Source: an uncultured bacterium (lineage in GTDB: Bacteria > Armatimonadota > UBA5829 > DTLH01). From it: a DNA stretch of 64,000 nucleotides. The notes under the pieces are model-generated. The model did not search any database. It was not told the DNA's origin and saw only the letters and a program-made list of their open reading frames with translations. This document shows positions 7,505 through 20,003 of this stretch, piece by piece (within the stretch, counting starts at the first letter, position 1; every line of letters starts with the position of its first letter). The DNA lies in NCBI GenBank assembly GCA_964497515.1, contig CAZCCV010000009.1, forward strand, positions 643-64,642, read 5' to 3'. Position numbers and translations under genes: made by a program.

Positions 7505-10500
7505 ATGGCACTTTCAGACTTGCTGCAACTAAATAGCGATCTTCCGCAGTTTCGGAGTATAGTCGACGCTCTTGAGCAGTCAAAAGCAAGCGTGCACCTC
7601 GACGGGCTTTCGAATTCCGCAAAAGGATTTGTCCTCGGGGCACTATCTAAAGAACTCGCGCACCCGATGTTCATTCTCACCTACTCCAGCGAGCAGGCAG
7701 AGCGGCTTGCTGATGATTTTGCACAGTTTGGCATTGATGACTCCGAGCTCTATGTGCTTCCTTCGTCGGATGCGTTGATCTTTGAAGAAGGCGCACCGGA
7801 TTATGGGGCGATCGGGCACCGGCTGGCTGCAATGGACGCTATATCGAGTGGACGCCAAGTTATCGTAGTTGCTCCGATAAATGGCGCTCTCAGGCGAACT
7901 ATGCCGCGACAGATGCTGCACGATTACCGCCTAGAAGCGAGCGTCGGAGAGACTCTTGTAGTAGAAGACTTCGTGAGCCGGTTAGTCGATCTCGGCTACG
8001 AACGTGTTGATGTGTGCGAGAGCCACGGCGAGTTCAGTGTGCGCGGCGGAATAATCGACCTATATCCATCGAACGAGGTTGAACCACTCAGAATTGAGCT
8101 TTTCGGAGATGACATAGAGAGCATTCGGGCGTTCGATCCAACATCACAGCGTTCTACAGACCGCCGCAAAAGAATCCTTGCTCTGCCTGCAAGAGAGGTC
8201 GTGCTGACTGCAGCAAACGCAGATTCGGCAGCCGAGTCGATACACGCAGAGATGCAGGAGCAGATCCGCAAGTTTGAAGAAGCGGATCAGTCGGAAGAGG
8301 CGGCGCGATTGGAAGCCAAGGTAGAAGATGATATCTCCAGACTGACCAACCTTGCATACTTCGATGGAATCGAAGGCTACCTGCCTTATATTTATCCTGA
8401 AGAATACTCAATACTCGACTATCTTACGCCATCGGCTATCGTAGTATTTGACGAGCCACATCAGACTGCATCTCAGTGGGAGCAGCACGAGCAAGAGATG
8501 TTGGAAGCTCTGATAAATCGTGCCGGACGTGGGCTTCTACTGGCGTCTACAAAGAGTCAGCACGTATCAGTCGACTCTGCACTGGCAAAGCTTTCGAAAT
8601 CCTGGCCGGGACTAATTCTTACGGTTCTAGATAGACCGCTACCATACGGATTGAAGGGCACAAGGCTGCACGTTGAGTCATCACCCGTTGAAACATTCGC
8701 TGGCAAAATCGATCTCTTCGTAGACCAACTGAAAACATGGAGTGCAAACAAACTGCGCGCTGTTATAGCCACTAATCAGCACGACCGAACTGTGGAATTG
8801 CTCGGCGAACACGGCATTCCGATACGGCCTAACGAGGAGCTGACAGCCAATGCGCCATCGGGCGTATATCTGATTGCATCGCAGATGCGCTCTGGATTCA
8901 AACTGCCAGAAGCAAATCTGGTTGTAGTCTCAGATTCCGAAGTCTTTGGCATTACGCGCACTCGTCGTCCAAGAAAGACCGCCAAAGAAGGTGTGCCAAT
9001 ATCAACAATCCTCGACCTCAAAGAAGGGGATTACATAGTGCACATCTCGCACGGAATCGGTGTATACCGCGGTATCGAGCAGCTTACAGTAGAAAACGTG
9101 TCGCGGGAGTATTTGCTGCTGGAATACGCGGGTGAAGACAAACTCTATGTGCCAACCGAACAGATAGACAGAGTGCAGAAGTACATAGGTGGCGAAGGAA
9201 ACACTCCGCTGGTTCACAGGCTCGGAGGCAGTGAGTGGGTTAGAGCCACAAAGCGTGTGAAGCAGGCAGTAAGAGAGATGGCTAAGGAGCTGATTGAGCT
9301 GTATGCCTGGCGTCAGGCGCTCGGCGGTTACTCGTTCAGCCCGGATACGCCTTGGCAGCAGGAGATGGAATCGGCATTTCCTTACGAAGAGACAGCCGAC
9401 CAGATTGAGGCCATTAACGATGTGAAGCGCAATCTCGAAGAGCCCAAACCGATGGATCGACTGATATGTGGTGACGTTGGCTACGGTAAGACCGAAGTTG
9501 CCGTAAGAGCCGCTTTCAAGGTAGTAAACGATGGCAAGCAGGTCGCTGTTTTGGCTCCCACAACGGTGCTGGCACAGCAGCACTGGAACACGTTCAAAGA
9601 GCGCCTGGGCGCGTTTCCGATAGGCATAGAGATGCTCTCTCGGTTCCGCACGCGCAAGGAGTCAAAAGCGGTAGTAGAGGGCTTGGAGCTCGGCACAGTT
9701 GATATTGTTATCGGCACGCACAGACTCTTCTCGAAGGACGTCAAGTTCAAGGATCTTGGACTATTGATAGTCGACGAAGAACAGCGCTTCGGCGTCAGCC
9801 ACAAAGAGCGTCTGAAGCAGTTGAAGAAGAACGTAGATGCACTCACCCTTACAGCAACGCCGATTCCAAGGACTCTGCATATGTCGCTTGCCGGCATACG
9901 CGATATGAGCGTGATTAACGATCCACCAGAGGGCAGAACACCGATTAAGACGTTTGTGCGCGAATATGACGACGAAGTAGTCCGCGAAGCGATAATCCGC
10001 GAGATTGACCGTGGTGGACAAGTATTCTTTGTACACAACAGAGTGGAAAACATCGAACACGTTGCAGAACATATCGCAAAGCTGGTGCCGTATGCGCGCG
10101 TCGATATAGGCCACGGTCAAATGGATGAAGACGATCTGGAACGGGTTATGCTCGATTTCTACGACCGGAAGTACGATGTGTTAGTCTGCACGACGATAGT
10201 CGAAAGCGGGTTGGACATTCCAAACGTCAATACAATTGTAGTGAACAACGCAGATAAAATGGGGCTCGCGCAGCTTTATCAGCTCCGAGGGAGAGTTGGC
10301 CGGTCAAATAAGCAGGCATACGCCTATTTGATGTACAAAGCCGACAAGTCTCTTACCGAAGTCGCGGAGAAACGACTCGAAGCGATTCGTGAGTTCACCG
10401 ATCTGGGTTCTGGCTTCAGAATCGCGCTTAGAGATTTGGAAATCCGGGGTGCGGGGAATCTATTAGGAGCTGAACAACACGGCCAGATAGCTCAAGTAGG

Positions 10501-11029
10501 TTTCGACCTTTACTGCCAACTGCTATCGCAGGCGGTTTCGGAGTTGAAGGGAGAGGAAGTTCAGGAGGTTCAGCTTCCACAAGTGGATCTGCCAATCGAC
10601 GCCTACATCCCTCAAGACTATATGACCGCTGAAGCGCAGAGAATATTCTTTTACAAGAAGATGGCAGCGGCGAAGACTGAAAAGGAAGTCCGTCAGATCC
10701 AGGACGAACTGGACGACCGTTTTGGCGACCCACCCAAGCAAGTATGGAATATGCTTTCGATACTGCGTATGAGAATCAGAGCGGCTGAGGTTGGTATTTC
10801 GTCGATATCTACCGACAAGCGGCAGATAATCATTCGATTTGCCCCAGGATTCAGGTTGATTCAGGAAGTGCAGCGCGAGCTTCAGCGCACACATAAGCGT
10901 CACTGGTTCCAGGGCGATAGAGTCGCGATCAACCCGGACACGCCGAGAATTGTCAATCTGGTGGAAGATATGATTGAGATTGTGGCAAAGGGGCTTAAAA
11001 CCAGTGCGAAGAAAATGCAGGTAGCTTAA
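7505..11029 (+). CDS. mfd: Transcription-repair coupling factor Mfd.
   Basis: UvrB-homology N-terminal region, helicase motifs GDVGYGKTEVA and DEEQRFGV, and a TRCF C-terminal domain. Start is uncertain (7400, 7436 or 7505). 7505 (MALSDLLQLN) gives an N-terminus of E. coli-like length and lies downstream of the candidate promoter. Confidence 0.9.
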   Translation: MALSDLLQLNSDLPQFRSIVDALEQSKASVHLDGLSNSAKGFVLGALSKELAHPMFILTYSSEQAERLADDFAQFGIDDSELYVLPSSDALIFEEGAPDYGAIGHRLAAMDAISSGRQVIVVAPINGALRRTMPRQMLHDYRLEASVGETLVVEDFVSRLVDLGYERVDVCESHGEFSVRGGIIDLYPSNEVEPLRIELFGDDIESIRAFDPTSQRSTDRRKRILALPAREVVLTAANADSAAESIHAEMQEQIRKFEEADQSEEAARLEAKVEDDISRLTNLAYFDGIEGYLPYIYPEEYSILDYLTPSAIVVFDEPHQTASQWEQHEQEMLEALINRAGRGLLLASTKSQHVSVDSALAKLSKSWPGLILTVLDRPLPYGLKGTRLHVESSPVETFAGKIDLFVDQLKTWSANKLRAVIATNQHDRTVELLGEHGIPIRPNEELTANAPSGVYLIASQMRSGFKLPEANLVVVSDSEVFGITRTRRPRKTAKEGVPISTILDLKEGDYIVHISHGIGVYRGIEQLTVENVSREYLLLEYAGEDKLYVPTEQIDRVQKYIGGEGNTPLVHRLGGSEWVRATKRVKQAVREMAKELIELYAWRQALGGYSFSPDTPWQQEMESAFPYEETADQIEAINDVKRNLEEPKPMDRLICGDVGYGKTEVAVRAAFKVVNDGKQVAVLAPTTVLAQQHWNTFKERLGAFPIGIEMLSRFRTRKESKAVVEGLELGTVDIVIGTHRLFSKDVKFKDLGLLIVDEEQRFGVSHKERLKQLKKNVDALTLTATPIPRTLHMSLAGIRDMSVINDPPEGRTPIKTFVREYDDEVVREAIIREIDRGGQVFFVHNRVENIEHVAEHIAKLVPYARVDIGHGQMDEDDLERVMLDFYDRKYDVLVCTTIVESGLDIPNVNTIVVNNADKMGLAQLYQLRGRVGRSNKQAYAYLMYKADKSLTEVAEKRLEAIREFTDLGSGFRIALRDLEIRGAGNLLGAEQHGQIAQVGFDLYCQLLSQAVSELKGEEVQEVQLPQVDLPIDAYIPQDYMTAEAQRIFFYKKMAAAKTEKEVRQIQDELDDRFGDPPKQVWNMLSILRMRIRAAEVGISSISTDKRQIIIRFAPGFRLIQEVQRELQRTHKRHWFQGDRVAINPDTPRIVNLVEDMIEIVAKGLKTSAKKMQVA

Positions 11030-11096
11030 CACGTTGAACCCTTAAGGGATCAAACTCAGCTCATAATTGGTGTTAAATGATCAGATGCCTCAGCGA

Positions 11097-11128
11097 GTTC
11101 GCACTCGCTGAGGCATTGTCACACATAT
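11097..11128. terminator. Strong hairpin (14-bp perfect stem, tcgc loop) between convergent mfd and nuoCD. Probably a bidirectional terminator.
   Basis: atgcctcagcgagt-tcgc-actcgctgaggcat. There is only a weak U tract on either strand. Confidence 0.45.
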
Positions 11129-11149
11129 ACTATCTGATTGGCCGTCGAC

Positions 11150-12808
11150 CTATCGATCGATTTCCCCCAAAACAATATCGAGCGTGCCGAGAGTTGCAAC
11201 TACGTCAGCGACCTTCCAACCACGAACCATCTGCGGCAGTGCCTGTAGTGTAATAAACGAAGGCGACCTCCACTTCAGTCGGTAAGGCTTAGACCCTCCG
11301 TCGCTTACAATGTAGACTCCTAAGTCACCTCTTGAGGATTCGATGTGGTGATAAATCTCCCCGGCAGGAACCTTAAACACTGGTGGAAGCTTATAGGTGA
11401 GTTTTCCTTCTGGCAGGCCATCGATTGCTTGCTCTATGATCTTCAGGCTCTCTCTTATTTCCTTAAGTCTTACGTGATAGCGCGCCAGATTGTCGCATTC
11501 CGGACGCACAGCAACTTCGAAATCGAAGCGATCGTAAATGGAGTATGGATCTGAGCGGCGGACATCGTAGTCCACTCCAGAGCCTCTTAGCGTCGGCCCA
11601 TTGACTCCGTAGTTCACGGCATCCGAGGCAGAGATTGGCGAGACGTCGCGCATCCGCAGGATAAATATCTCGTTATAACTGAGCAGATTGTCGTACTCTG
11701 GCAGCATATCACGCTGCTGCTTGATATATTCGCGACATTTCTCGATGAAACCGTCTGGAAGATCCCGGCTCACGCCACCCGGACGGAAGTAGTTATAGGT
11801 GAGCCTAGCACCGCAGAGCATTTCGAAGAGATCGATAATAAGTTCTCGTTCGCGGAATGCGTAAATGAACGGCGTAGTAGCGCCGAGATCGAGTCCCATC
11901 GAGCCAAAGAAGATCAAGTGGCTTGCAATCCGCTGAAGCTCCATAACGATGACCCGAATATACTCAGCGCGCTCGGAGACTTCAATGCCGGCCAGTTTCT
12001 CTATAGCCTGCACATAGACCGCATTGTTCATCATCGAAGATATGTAATCGAAGCGATCCGTAAGCGGAATGAACTGTAACCACGTACGCATTTCAGCGAG
12101 CTTTTCCATTCCGCGATGCAGATATCCAACATCGGGAATGCAGTCGACTACAGTCTCGCCATTGAGCACCAATTCCAGTCGAAGGACACCGTGAGTGCTG
12201 GGGTGCTGTGGCCCCATGCTTATCTGTATCTCCTGCGTGCGCAGCCTGCCAGCTTCATCACATATCAGAGTGCCATCCGGAGCTCTGTAGCAGACTGGCC
12301 CGGGTGGAGCAGGTTCGTCACTCTCTCCAAGCACCGACCAGTCCTCCGGAAGCCAATGCATATCATCCTCGGGGATGACATAATCCTTCCGCAACGGGTG
12401 ACCCTCCCACCCATCAGGAAGGAGAATGCGCCGCAAGTCTGGGTGATCCGTAAACTGCACTCCCAGCAGGTCGAAAATCTCCCGCTCCTGCCAGTCTGCG
12501 CCTTTCCACACCGAAAAGAGCGAGCAAATCTCAGGTGTTTCTCTGTTCAGATCGGTTTTCAAGACGACTTCTCGTCCGTTTTTGAGCGAGGAAAGGTGAT
12601 AGAGGAGCTCGATTCGATCTTGATAATCCACACCTGTAATGCTTGCGGGGTAATCGATCTGGTATTCGGGGTTATCCTTCAGGAACAGGCATATTTCGAG
12701 CAGTGACTCCGGCTTGATCTTGAGCGTAAGAACACTCTCTGCCGAATCGGTACTGATAACAGCATCTGCAAACTGTTCGCCGATTGCGGCCACTGTAGTA
12801 TCACTCAT
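11150..12808 (-). CDS. nuoC: NADH-quinone oxidoreductase, fused subunit C/D.
   Basis: The N-terminal half is NuoC-like ([23 protein letters not shown]). The C-terminal half is NuoD-like ([11 protein letters not shown], ending [11 protein letters not shown]). Confidence 0.9.
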   Translation of the reverse strand: MSDTTVAAIGEQFADAVISTDSAESVLTLKIKPESLLEICLFLKDNPEYQIDYPASITGVDYQDRIELLYHLSSLKNGREVVLKTDLNRETPEICSLFSVWKGADWQEREIFDLLGVQFTDHPDLRRILLPDGWEGHPLRKDYVIPEDDMHWLPEDWSVLGESDEPAPPGPVCYRAPDGTLICDEAGRLRTQEIQISMGPQHPSTHGVLRLELVLNGETVVDCIPDVGYLHRGMEKLAEMRTWLQFIPLTDRFDYISSMMNNAVYVQAIEKLAGIEVSERAEYIRVIVMELQRIASHLIFFGSMGLDLGATTPFIYAFRERELIIDLFEMLCGARLTYNYFRPGGVSRDLPDGFIEKCREYIKQQRDMLPEYDNLLSYNEIFILRMRDVSPISASDAVNYGVNGPTLRGSGVDYDVRRSDPYSIYDRFDFEVAVRPECDNLARYHVRLKEIRESLKIIEQAIDGLPEGKLTYKLPPVFKVPAGEIYHHIESSRGDLGVYIVSDGGSKPYRLKWRSPSFITLQALPQMVRGWKVADVVATLGTLDIVLGEIDR

Positions 12809-13386
12809 TTGTCGGCCTCCTCAGCTTGTTTTTCCGGTTTACCAAGGATTTTGGCGCCCTTCATTCGCAGCTTCTTTTCGCGAGCCTCAGCTTTAATCTT
12901 CTCGTGAACCGTAAGACAACCGTGAAGAAGAGCCTCCGGTCTCGGAGGGCATCCGGGGATATAAACGTCGACCGGAACAATCAGATCGACACCCCTTACA
13001 ACGGCGTAAGAATCGCGGAACGGGCCGCCAGCGTTCGCGCAACTGCCCATTGCGATAACGTATCTGGGTTCAGCCATCTGCTCCCAAAGCCTGCGCACCC
13101 TCCACGCCATCTTTTTTGTAACCGTTCCGGCAACTATCATCAAATCGGCCTGACGGGGGCTGGAACGAAACATCATTCCAAACCTGTCGAAATCGTAACG
13201 GGCAGCGCCTGTTGCCATAAGCTCAATGGCACAGCAGGCGAGGCCGAACAGCATATACCAGAGCGACCCTTCACGAGCCCATCCGAGCACGTTTTCAACT
13301 GGCCCAACAACCAGACCGCCACCCGGAATCCTCTCAAAAAGCACATCTGTATGGCGCTCTATAGGGTCAACTCGCTCGATATCCAT
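12805..13386 (-). CDS. nuoB: NADH-quinone oxidoreductase subunit B.
   Basis: [15 protein letters not shown] and PGCPPRPE Fe-S motifs. There is a 4-nt overlap with the nuoCD start. Confidence 0.9.
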   Translation of the reverse strand: MDIERVDPIERHTDVLFERIPGGGLVVGPVENVLGWAREGSLWYMLFGLACCAIELMATGAARYDFDRFGMMFRSSPRQADLMIVAGTVTKKMAWRVRRLWEQMAEPRYVIAMGSCANAGGPFRDSYAVVRGVDLIVPVDVYIPGCPPRPEALLHGCLTVHEKIKAEAREKKLRMKGAKILGKPEKQAEEADK

Positions 13387-13419
13387 TGTGTATTTCTCCT
13401 GAAAGGAACCTGGGAAGTG

Positions 13420-13791
13420 TTACTCCCACTTGAGGACGCCTTTTTTCCAGGCGTATATAAGACCAGTTGCGAGGACGCCGATGAAGATGAACATATCGAC
13501 AATCGCAAAAATTGCCAGCGGCGTGCCCTTAAGACTGGAAAGCGCAAGCGCCCACGGCAGAACAAAGACCACTTCCACGTCGAAGATGACAAAGACCAGC
13601 ATATAAATGTAGTATCCCGGGCGGAGCTGCACCCAAGCGCTTCCCTTGGGGCGCTCACCACATTCGTAAGTGGAAGTTTTTTGTCCTACTGGATTAGATG
13701 GCCTGACCAGCCACGAAACGAACAGGGTCACAACAACGAAGCCAATGCCAACCGCGATGAACATCGCTACCCACAGATAATCAGTGGCCAT
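13420..13791 (-). CDS. nuoA: NADH-quinone oxidoreductase subunit A.
   Basis: 123 aa with 3 TM helices. TYECGERP motif. ATG start with a purine-rich RBS. Confidence 0.85.
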   Translation of the reverse strand: MATDYLWVAMFIAVGIGFVVVTLFVSWLVRPSNPVGQKTSTYECGERPKGSAWVQLRPGYYIYMLVFVIFDVEVVFVLPWALALSSLKGTPLAIFAIVDMFIFIGVLATGLIYAWKKGVLKWE

Positions 13792-13966
13792 AGACTCTCA
13801 CTCTCGGTGTAGTCGATAATGCGCAACGCGGAAAGCCAAAAAGCAAGCCGGCCGCGCCTTAGCTATTGTATGGCATAACAGGGGTCGTGTGCAACTCCCG
13901 AGAGGAGCAGACACATTTGATGAGGCAACCGATTGGCTGAGAGCCACAGCAGATATATGTAACATA

Positions 13967-13984
13967 GCACCTGGTAATTATACC
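13967..13984. promoter_or_regulatory. Perfect palindrome CCTGGTA-TAAT-TACCAGG (minus-strand reading) containing a TATAAT hexamer. Candidate operator or -10 element about 175 nt upstream of nuoA.
   Basis: Seen directly: plus strand cctggtaattataccagg. It lies 8 nt downstream of the transglutaminase-like gene stop. Confidence 0.3.
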
Positions 13985-13991
13985 AGGCACG

Positions 13992-15455
13992 TCACTCGTA
14001 CTTTTCGATGTCAGCCCTAAGCGATCCAAAGACTGGAGCCATCTCGAACATATTAGTGGCATCTCCCTCGGTGAGCTTAATATGAGTGGCATCCACAAAC
14101 GATTTGTTCTGTGTGGGGTCAAACGCAACCCATTCGCCGACGAAGCTCTCAGCCCAAGCGTGGTAGTAGAAGCTGCCGTTCATATATACAAGCCCGGCTA
14201 CGATTCGAGTGGGTATGCCTGCTGCACGTGCAAGAGATGCGTACAGTATTGCATAGTCACGGCAGACGCCGGCCTTGTTTTTGAGAACATCCACCGCAGG
14301 ACGAGCAATGCCAATATCTGTCCGCGGCTTCATATTTCCATAAACCCACGACTGGATCTTTGACGCTGCTTTAAATGCCGATTTCTCTTGCCCCACTATC
14401 TGCTTTGCTTTTCCTCTTATTTCCCAGGCATCACTCTGTAGATATGTAGTAGCTTTCAGATACTCAGCAACCGCATCATCAGTAACAGGGAGTTTTGCAG
14501 ACTTAGATCCATCGAACTTACGGGCAGTTATGACGAATTCTGCAGAACGTTCGTCGCCTTTCGGCTCGAGCCATTTTGCCGTCTGGCGGTGATCGCTAAT
14601 CGCCATTCGCGGTTCGATCTTACCCGAGAGTTTCACCTTCAGCTTTTTGATAGATCTCGGGTTTGGTAAATCGATGTTTGCACGCACACCTGTCGCTACC
14701 ACGAAGTCGTCTGGAGGAGTATAGTTCTCGTCAATGCCATTTACTGCATCCTGTGCAGATTCGATCAGCATTGTCAGCCCCATATTGGCTACTGATTTGA
14801 TAATCGTTCCATCGGCAGTCTGCCAGGTAGTGACTCCACCCATACTGCCTGTAGAGCTTTTGACAGCGTATGTATTGTAGGTTTTTCCACCGACTTCCAC
14901 CTTCTCCTTGTGTAGAACCTCTGAGGTAGCAGTATCGATTGTGAGAGTCATTGGGTTGAAATAGCGTGTGGAAGTCTTCCGACCGATCTGAGGTTCTCCC
15001 GAACCTACAGCATACATCGAATCGCTTACGAGACTAACCCCCTCGGGTATCTCTACAGTCTTCTCAGATTCCCCATTTGCAGTGACAACCTTGCATTTGA
15101 TCTCACGATCGAAGTATCTGGCCTCAATCCGAGTTCGCTCACCACCTGAGGCCATATCGTAAGACTGAAAAACAGGGGTCATTTGTTGGTCTGTATATGT
15201 AGACGTGCTTATGTCCTGCTGCACTGTGGAACCGAGAAGAACCATCTTGGTTCTGATGAAACTGGTAATCTTATAGCCAGGTTTGTCCTCAAAAACCGTC
15301 GCCTCAGTCGTAATACGCATATAGCCCATCTTCTGCCCTGCCATATATACACCGAGCCACTGTTCTGAAATAGGATCAGCGGCTTGAGAAAGCAGCGGGA
15401 GAGAAACCAGGTAGAGTACGGCAGCGAACAACGGGGAAAAACTAATCTTCTTCAA
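13992..15455 (-). CDS. Secreted transglutaminase-like cysteine protease domain protein.
   Basis: C-terminal CRDYAILYASLARAAGIPTRIVAGLVY...FYYHAWAE (transglutaminase-like Cys-His core). TTG start at 15455 preceded by AAGGAG 6 nt upstream. KKISFSPLFAAVLYLVSLPLLSQAADP is a signal peptide. The longer track ORF (to 15581) is rejected. Confidence 0.75.
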   Translation of the reverse strand: MKKISFSPLFAAVLYLVSLPLLSQAADPISEQWLGVYMAGQKMGYMRITTEATVFEDKPGYKITSFIRTKMVLLGSTVQQDISTSTYTDQQMTPVFQSYDMASGGERTRIEARYFDREIKCKVVTANGESEKTVEIPEGVSLVSDSMYAVGSGEPQIGRKTSTRYFNPMTLTIDTATSEVLHKEKVEVGGKTYNTYAVKSSTGSMGGVTTWQTADGTIIKSVANMGLTMLIESAQDAVNGIDENYTPPDDFVVATGVRANIDLPNPRSIKKLKVKLSGKIEPRMAISDHRQTAKWLEPKGDERSAEFVITARKFDGSKSAKLPVTDDAVAEYLKATTYLQSDAWEIRGKAKQIVGQEKSAFKAASKIQSWVYGNMKPRTDIGIARPAVDVLKNKAGVCRDYAILYASLARAAGIPTRIVAGLVYMNGSFYYHAWAESFVGEWVAFDPTQNKSFVDATHIKLTEGDATNMFEMAPVFGSLRADIEKYE

Positions 15456-15602
15456 TCGGGACTCCTTCAGAGAAAATGGTCTGAAGTATATATACCACAA
15501 AACCCACAAGTATACTGACGGTTGGCCAAACCAACCGATAAACAAAGAGCTCAAAAGGATTTTCCCCTTCGAGCCCTCCAATTGACGGTTAAAACCAGCA
15601 GT

Positions 15603-16016
15603 TTAGCGTCCTTCGCCCACCCTGATTCTGTTGATAGCTCGCTTTAGAGCTACTTCGGCGCGGGTAAAGTCTACACCCTCCTCGGCGTGCGCAAGCCATT
15701 CCTTGGCACGATGTTCGGCCTCTCTGGCACGGTCGATATCGATGTCTTCAGCCTTCTCCGCTGCATCCGATAGCGCAGTTACCCGGTTCTCCGAGACTTC
15801 CATAAACCCCTGAGTTGTAGCAATGCGAGTCTCTGAGCCATCAGCGCGCCTTACACGCATTTCTCCGATAATCAGTTCGGTTATCATCGGAGCGTGATTC
15901 GCCATTATGCCAAGATACCCCTCGGCGCCGGGTGCAACAAGCGACACCACCTGATCATCCGAAATAAGCACCTTATCTGGCGTTACAATCTCAAGAGTGA
16001 ATGTCTTTTCGGCCAT
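15603..16016 (-). CDS. atpC: F1 ATP synthase epsilon subunit.
   Basis: Sequence similarity (MAEKTFTLEIVTPDKV...). Last gene of the atp operon. Confidence 0.9.
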   Translation of the reverse strand: MAEKTFTLEIVTPDKVLISDDQVVSLVAPGAEGYLGIMANHAPMITELIIGEMRVRRADGSETRIATTQGFMEVSENRVTALSDAAEKAEDIDIDRAREAEHRAKEWLAHAEEGVDFTRAEVALKRAINRIRVGEGR

Positions 16017-16018
16017 AG

Positions 16019-17425
<1,407 letters not shown>

Positions 17426-17574
17426 TCAACCGACAGCCAACTTCCATTGGCTTTCAGTCTGCGAATGATGGGGCTTTTCAAGACTGACACATTCGCCCTT
17501 TTCGCACAACTGATCTTATTCAAAACGATACAAAATATTAAAACAATCTGTGGTGGCTTAGCAGGGCTATCGTC

Positions 17575-18432
17575 TTATGCCAGTGCCTCTGCACCACCAA
17601 CAATCTCCAAAAGTTCCGTCGTAATCATCTCCTGACGCGCCTTATTGTATGACAGCGTCAGGTTGTCGATGACTTCGCCAGCGTTCGATGTAGCAGCAGT
17701 CATTGCAGTCATACGCGCGCCGTGTTCACTCGCTACAGCTTCGACAGCAGCCCTGAAAACCTGCGTATCCACAAAACTCGGCAGCAGTCTTGCAAACAGG
17801 CGGGTAGCATCCGGCTCGAAAATGTAATCATTCGGAGCCTCGCGATCCTCTCCACCCGGAGCTTCAATCGGCAGTATCTTCAGCGCAGTAGGCCGCTGAA
17901 CAGCAGCATTGATGAACTTGCCGTAAACGAGGTATACCGCGTCCACCTCTTTGGATGCGAACATATCCCGCACCATATTTGCCGCACCCCGAACGTCAGA
18001 AAACTGGATGTTGGAGGCTGGAAGAGACTGGCTCAACACCATCTTGTACGGCTTGCGTCTGAAAGAATTGACCGTCTCCCGGCCAATCACCAACACCTTG
18101 ACAGTAGAAGGGTGACGCCCAGCCAGAAGATCCAACGCAGCTCGCACCATATTGACGTTGTAACTGCCAGCGAGTCCGCGCTCCGCACCGATTATAATGA
18201 CTGCAATGTTCTCTTCGGGTCTGACTTCAAGCAGCGGATGCTCCACCTGAGAAGCTGCACGCGACAGACTCTCAAGCATCAAAAACATCTTGTCTGCATA
18301 CGGTCTGGCCGATTCCGCGCGTTCCTGAGCTCTTCTGAGCCTAGCCGCCGCGACCATCTTCATTGCATTAGTTATCTGCTGTATATTTTTTACGACGCGT
18401 ATACGGCGTCGAATATCTCGCATACTGGCCAT
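17575..18432 (-). CDS. atpG: F1 ATP synthase gamma subunit.
   Basis: Sequence similarity and position between atpA and atpD. Confidence 0.9.
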   Translation of the reverse strand: MASMRDIRRRIRVVKNIQQITNAMKMVAAARLRRAQERAESARPYADKMFLMLESLSRAASQVEHPLLEVRPEENIAVIIIGAERGLAGSYNVNMVRAALDLLAGRHPSTVKVLVIGRETVNSFRRKPYKMVLSQSLPASNIQFSDVRGAANMVRDMFASKEVDAVYLVYGKFINAAVQRPTALKILPIEAPGGEDREAPNDYIFEPDATRLFARLLPSFVDTQVFRAAVEAVASEHGARMTAMTAATSNAGEVIDNLTLSYNKARQEMITTELLEIVGGAEALA

Positions 18433-18435
18433 TTG

Positions 18436-19956
18436 TTACTGACCTGCCATAAACTCCGCTTTGTAGTCTGCAATCGCGCCCGCCAGAAGTTCGGCGGTTT
18501 CGTCACTGAAATCACCAGTCTTCTCGATGTTGTGGGCTACAACTGCACATTTCTCATCGACGTATGCATAAAGACCTTTTTCGAAGTCTCTGATACGCTC
18601 GTTAGGAATATCATCCAGATAGCCGTTAGTAGCAGCGTAGATGATCATTGTCTGGTTCGCAACCGGCATCGGTGAATACTGCGGCTGTTTAAGTGTCTCA
18701 ACGATCTTCGAACCTCTGTTAAGCTGTGACTGTGTAAACTTGTCGAGATCGGTAGCAAACTGTGCAAACGCCTGAAGCTCCCAATAACGAGCCAAGTCAA
18801 GTTTCAGTTTGCTTGCGACATTCTTCATCGCCTTAGTCTGCGCCTTAGAGCCAACTCGCGAAACCGACAACCCAACGTTAATCGCAGGTCGAATCCCCGA
18901 ATAGAACAGTTCGCTTTCCAGATATATCTGGCCATCGGTGATCGAAATAACATTAGTTGGAATATACGCCGAGACATCTCCCGCCTGAGTCTCGATAATA
19001 GGAAGCGCTGTAAGGCTTCCTGCGCCGAGATCATCGGAGAGTTTCGCCGCACGTTCGAGAAGTCGCGCGTGCAGATAGAATATGTCGCCGGGATATGCTT
19101 CGCGACCCGGAGGACGCCTGAGAAGCAGCGATACCTGCCTGTACGCCTGTGCGTGTTTGGAAAGATCGTCGTAGACCACCAGGGCATGCTTGCCTGTATC
19201 TCGGAACTCTTCACCTATAGCACAACCCGCATACGGTGCAATATATTGAAGGGGAGCCGGATCACTCGCCGAGGCTACAACAATGGTGGTGTATTCCATA
19301 GCACCATTTGCATTCAACACCTCAACTATTCCCGCAACAGTAGAGAGTTTCTGCCCAATTGCTACATATATGCAGTAGACGCCTTTATCCTTTTGGTTAA
19401 GGATGGCATCGATGGCTATTGCTGTTTTGCCTGTCTGTCGGTCACCGATTATGAGCTCTCTCTGCCCTCTCCCGATGGGAATCATAGAGTCAACTGCCTT
19501 AAGCCCTGTTGCGAGGGACTCGTTAACAGTCTGGCGTTCGACCACGCCGGGTGCTTTAGACTCAATATGCCGACGCTTCTCAGCGACAACGGGGCCTTTG
19601 CCGTCAAGCGGGTCACCGAGTGAGTTCACCACTCTTCCCAAGAGTGCATCGCCTACAGGAACGTCGATAATGCGTCCCGTGCGCTTAACTGTATCACCTT
19701 CCTGAATCCCTTCGTCAGGCCCCATTATGATGATACCGACGTTGTCTTCTTCGAGGTTGAGCACCATTCCCATAACACCGTTAGGGAACTCAACCAACTC
19801 GCTTGCCATTACATCCTCAAGGCCGTAGACGCGTGCAATTCCATCGCCCACTTGAAGCACGGTTCCGACACCGACTTCTTTTATCTCTTTTTTGTAAGAG
19901 GCAAGTTGTTTCTCCAGTACGTTCGTTACTTCTTCAGGCTTTATCTTCGCAGCCAT
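18436..19956 (-). CDS. atpA: F1 ATP synthase alpha subunit.
   Basis: [12 protein letters not shown]-loop. Confidence 0.95.
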   Translation of the reverse strand: MAAKIKPEEVTNVLEKQLASYKKEIKEVGVGTVLQVGDGIARVYGLEDVMASELVEFPNGVMGMVLNLEEDNVGIIIMGPDEGIQEGDTVKRTGRIIDVPVGDALLGRVVNSLGDPLDGKGPVVAEKRRHIESKAPGVVERQTVNESLATGLKAVDSMIPIGRGQRELIIGDRQTGKTAIAIDAILNQKDKGVYCIYVAIGQKLSTVAGIVEVLNANGAMEYTTIVVASASDPAPLQYIAPYAGCAIGEEFRDTGKHALVVYDDLSKHAQAYRQVSLLLRRPPGREAYPGDIFYLHARLLERAAKLSDDLGAGSLTALPIIETQAGDVSAYIPTNVISITDGQIYLESELFYSGIRPAINVGLSVSRVGSKAQTKAMKNVASKLKLDLARYWELQAFAQFATDLDKFTQSQLNRGSKIVETLKQPQYSPMPVANQTMIIYAATNGYLDDIPNERIRDFEKGLYAYVDEKCAVVAHNIEKTGDFSDETAELLAGAIADYKAEFMAGQ

Positions 19957-20003
19957 AGGTTCTCCTCAGTCAAAAGCGCGGTAACAACTGTCTGCCGCAC
20001 TCG

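Noticed and set aside
9002-10120. Three overlapping minus-strand ORFs (193, 190 and 119 aa) inside mfd.
   Set aside because: Antisense shadow ORFs within a well-supported helicase gene. Their Ser/Pro/Arg-rich composition is typical of GC-rich antisense frames.
13992-15581. A longer N-terminus for the transglutaminase-like protein (MEGSKGKILLSSLFIGWFGQ...).
   Set aside because: An internal TTG with AAGGAG 6 nt upstream, immediately followed by a textbook signal peptide, is the more plausible start.
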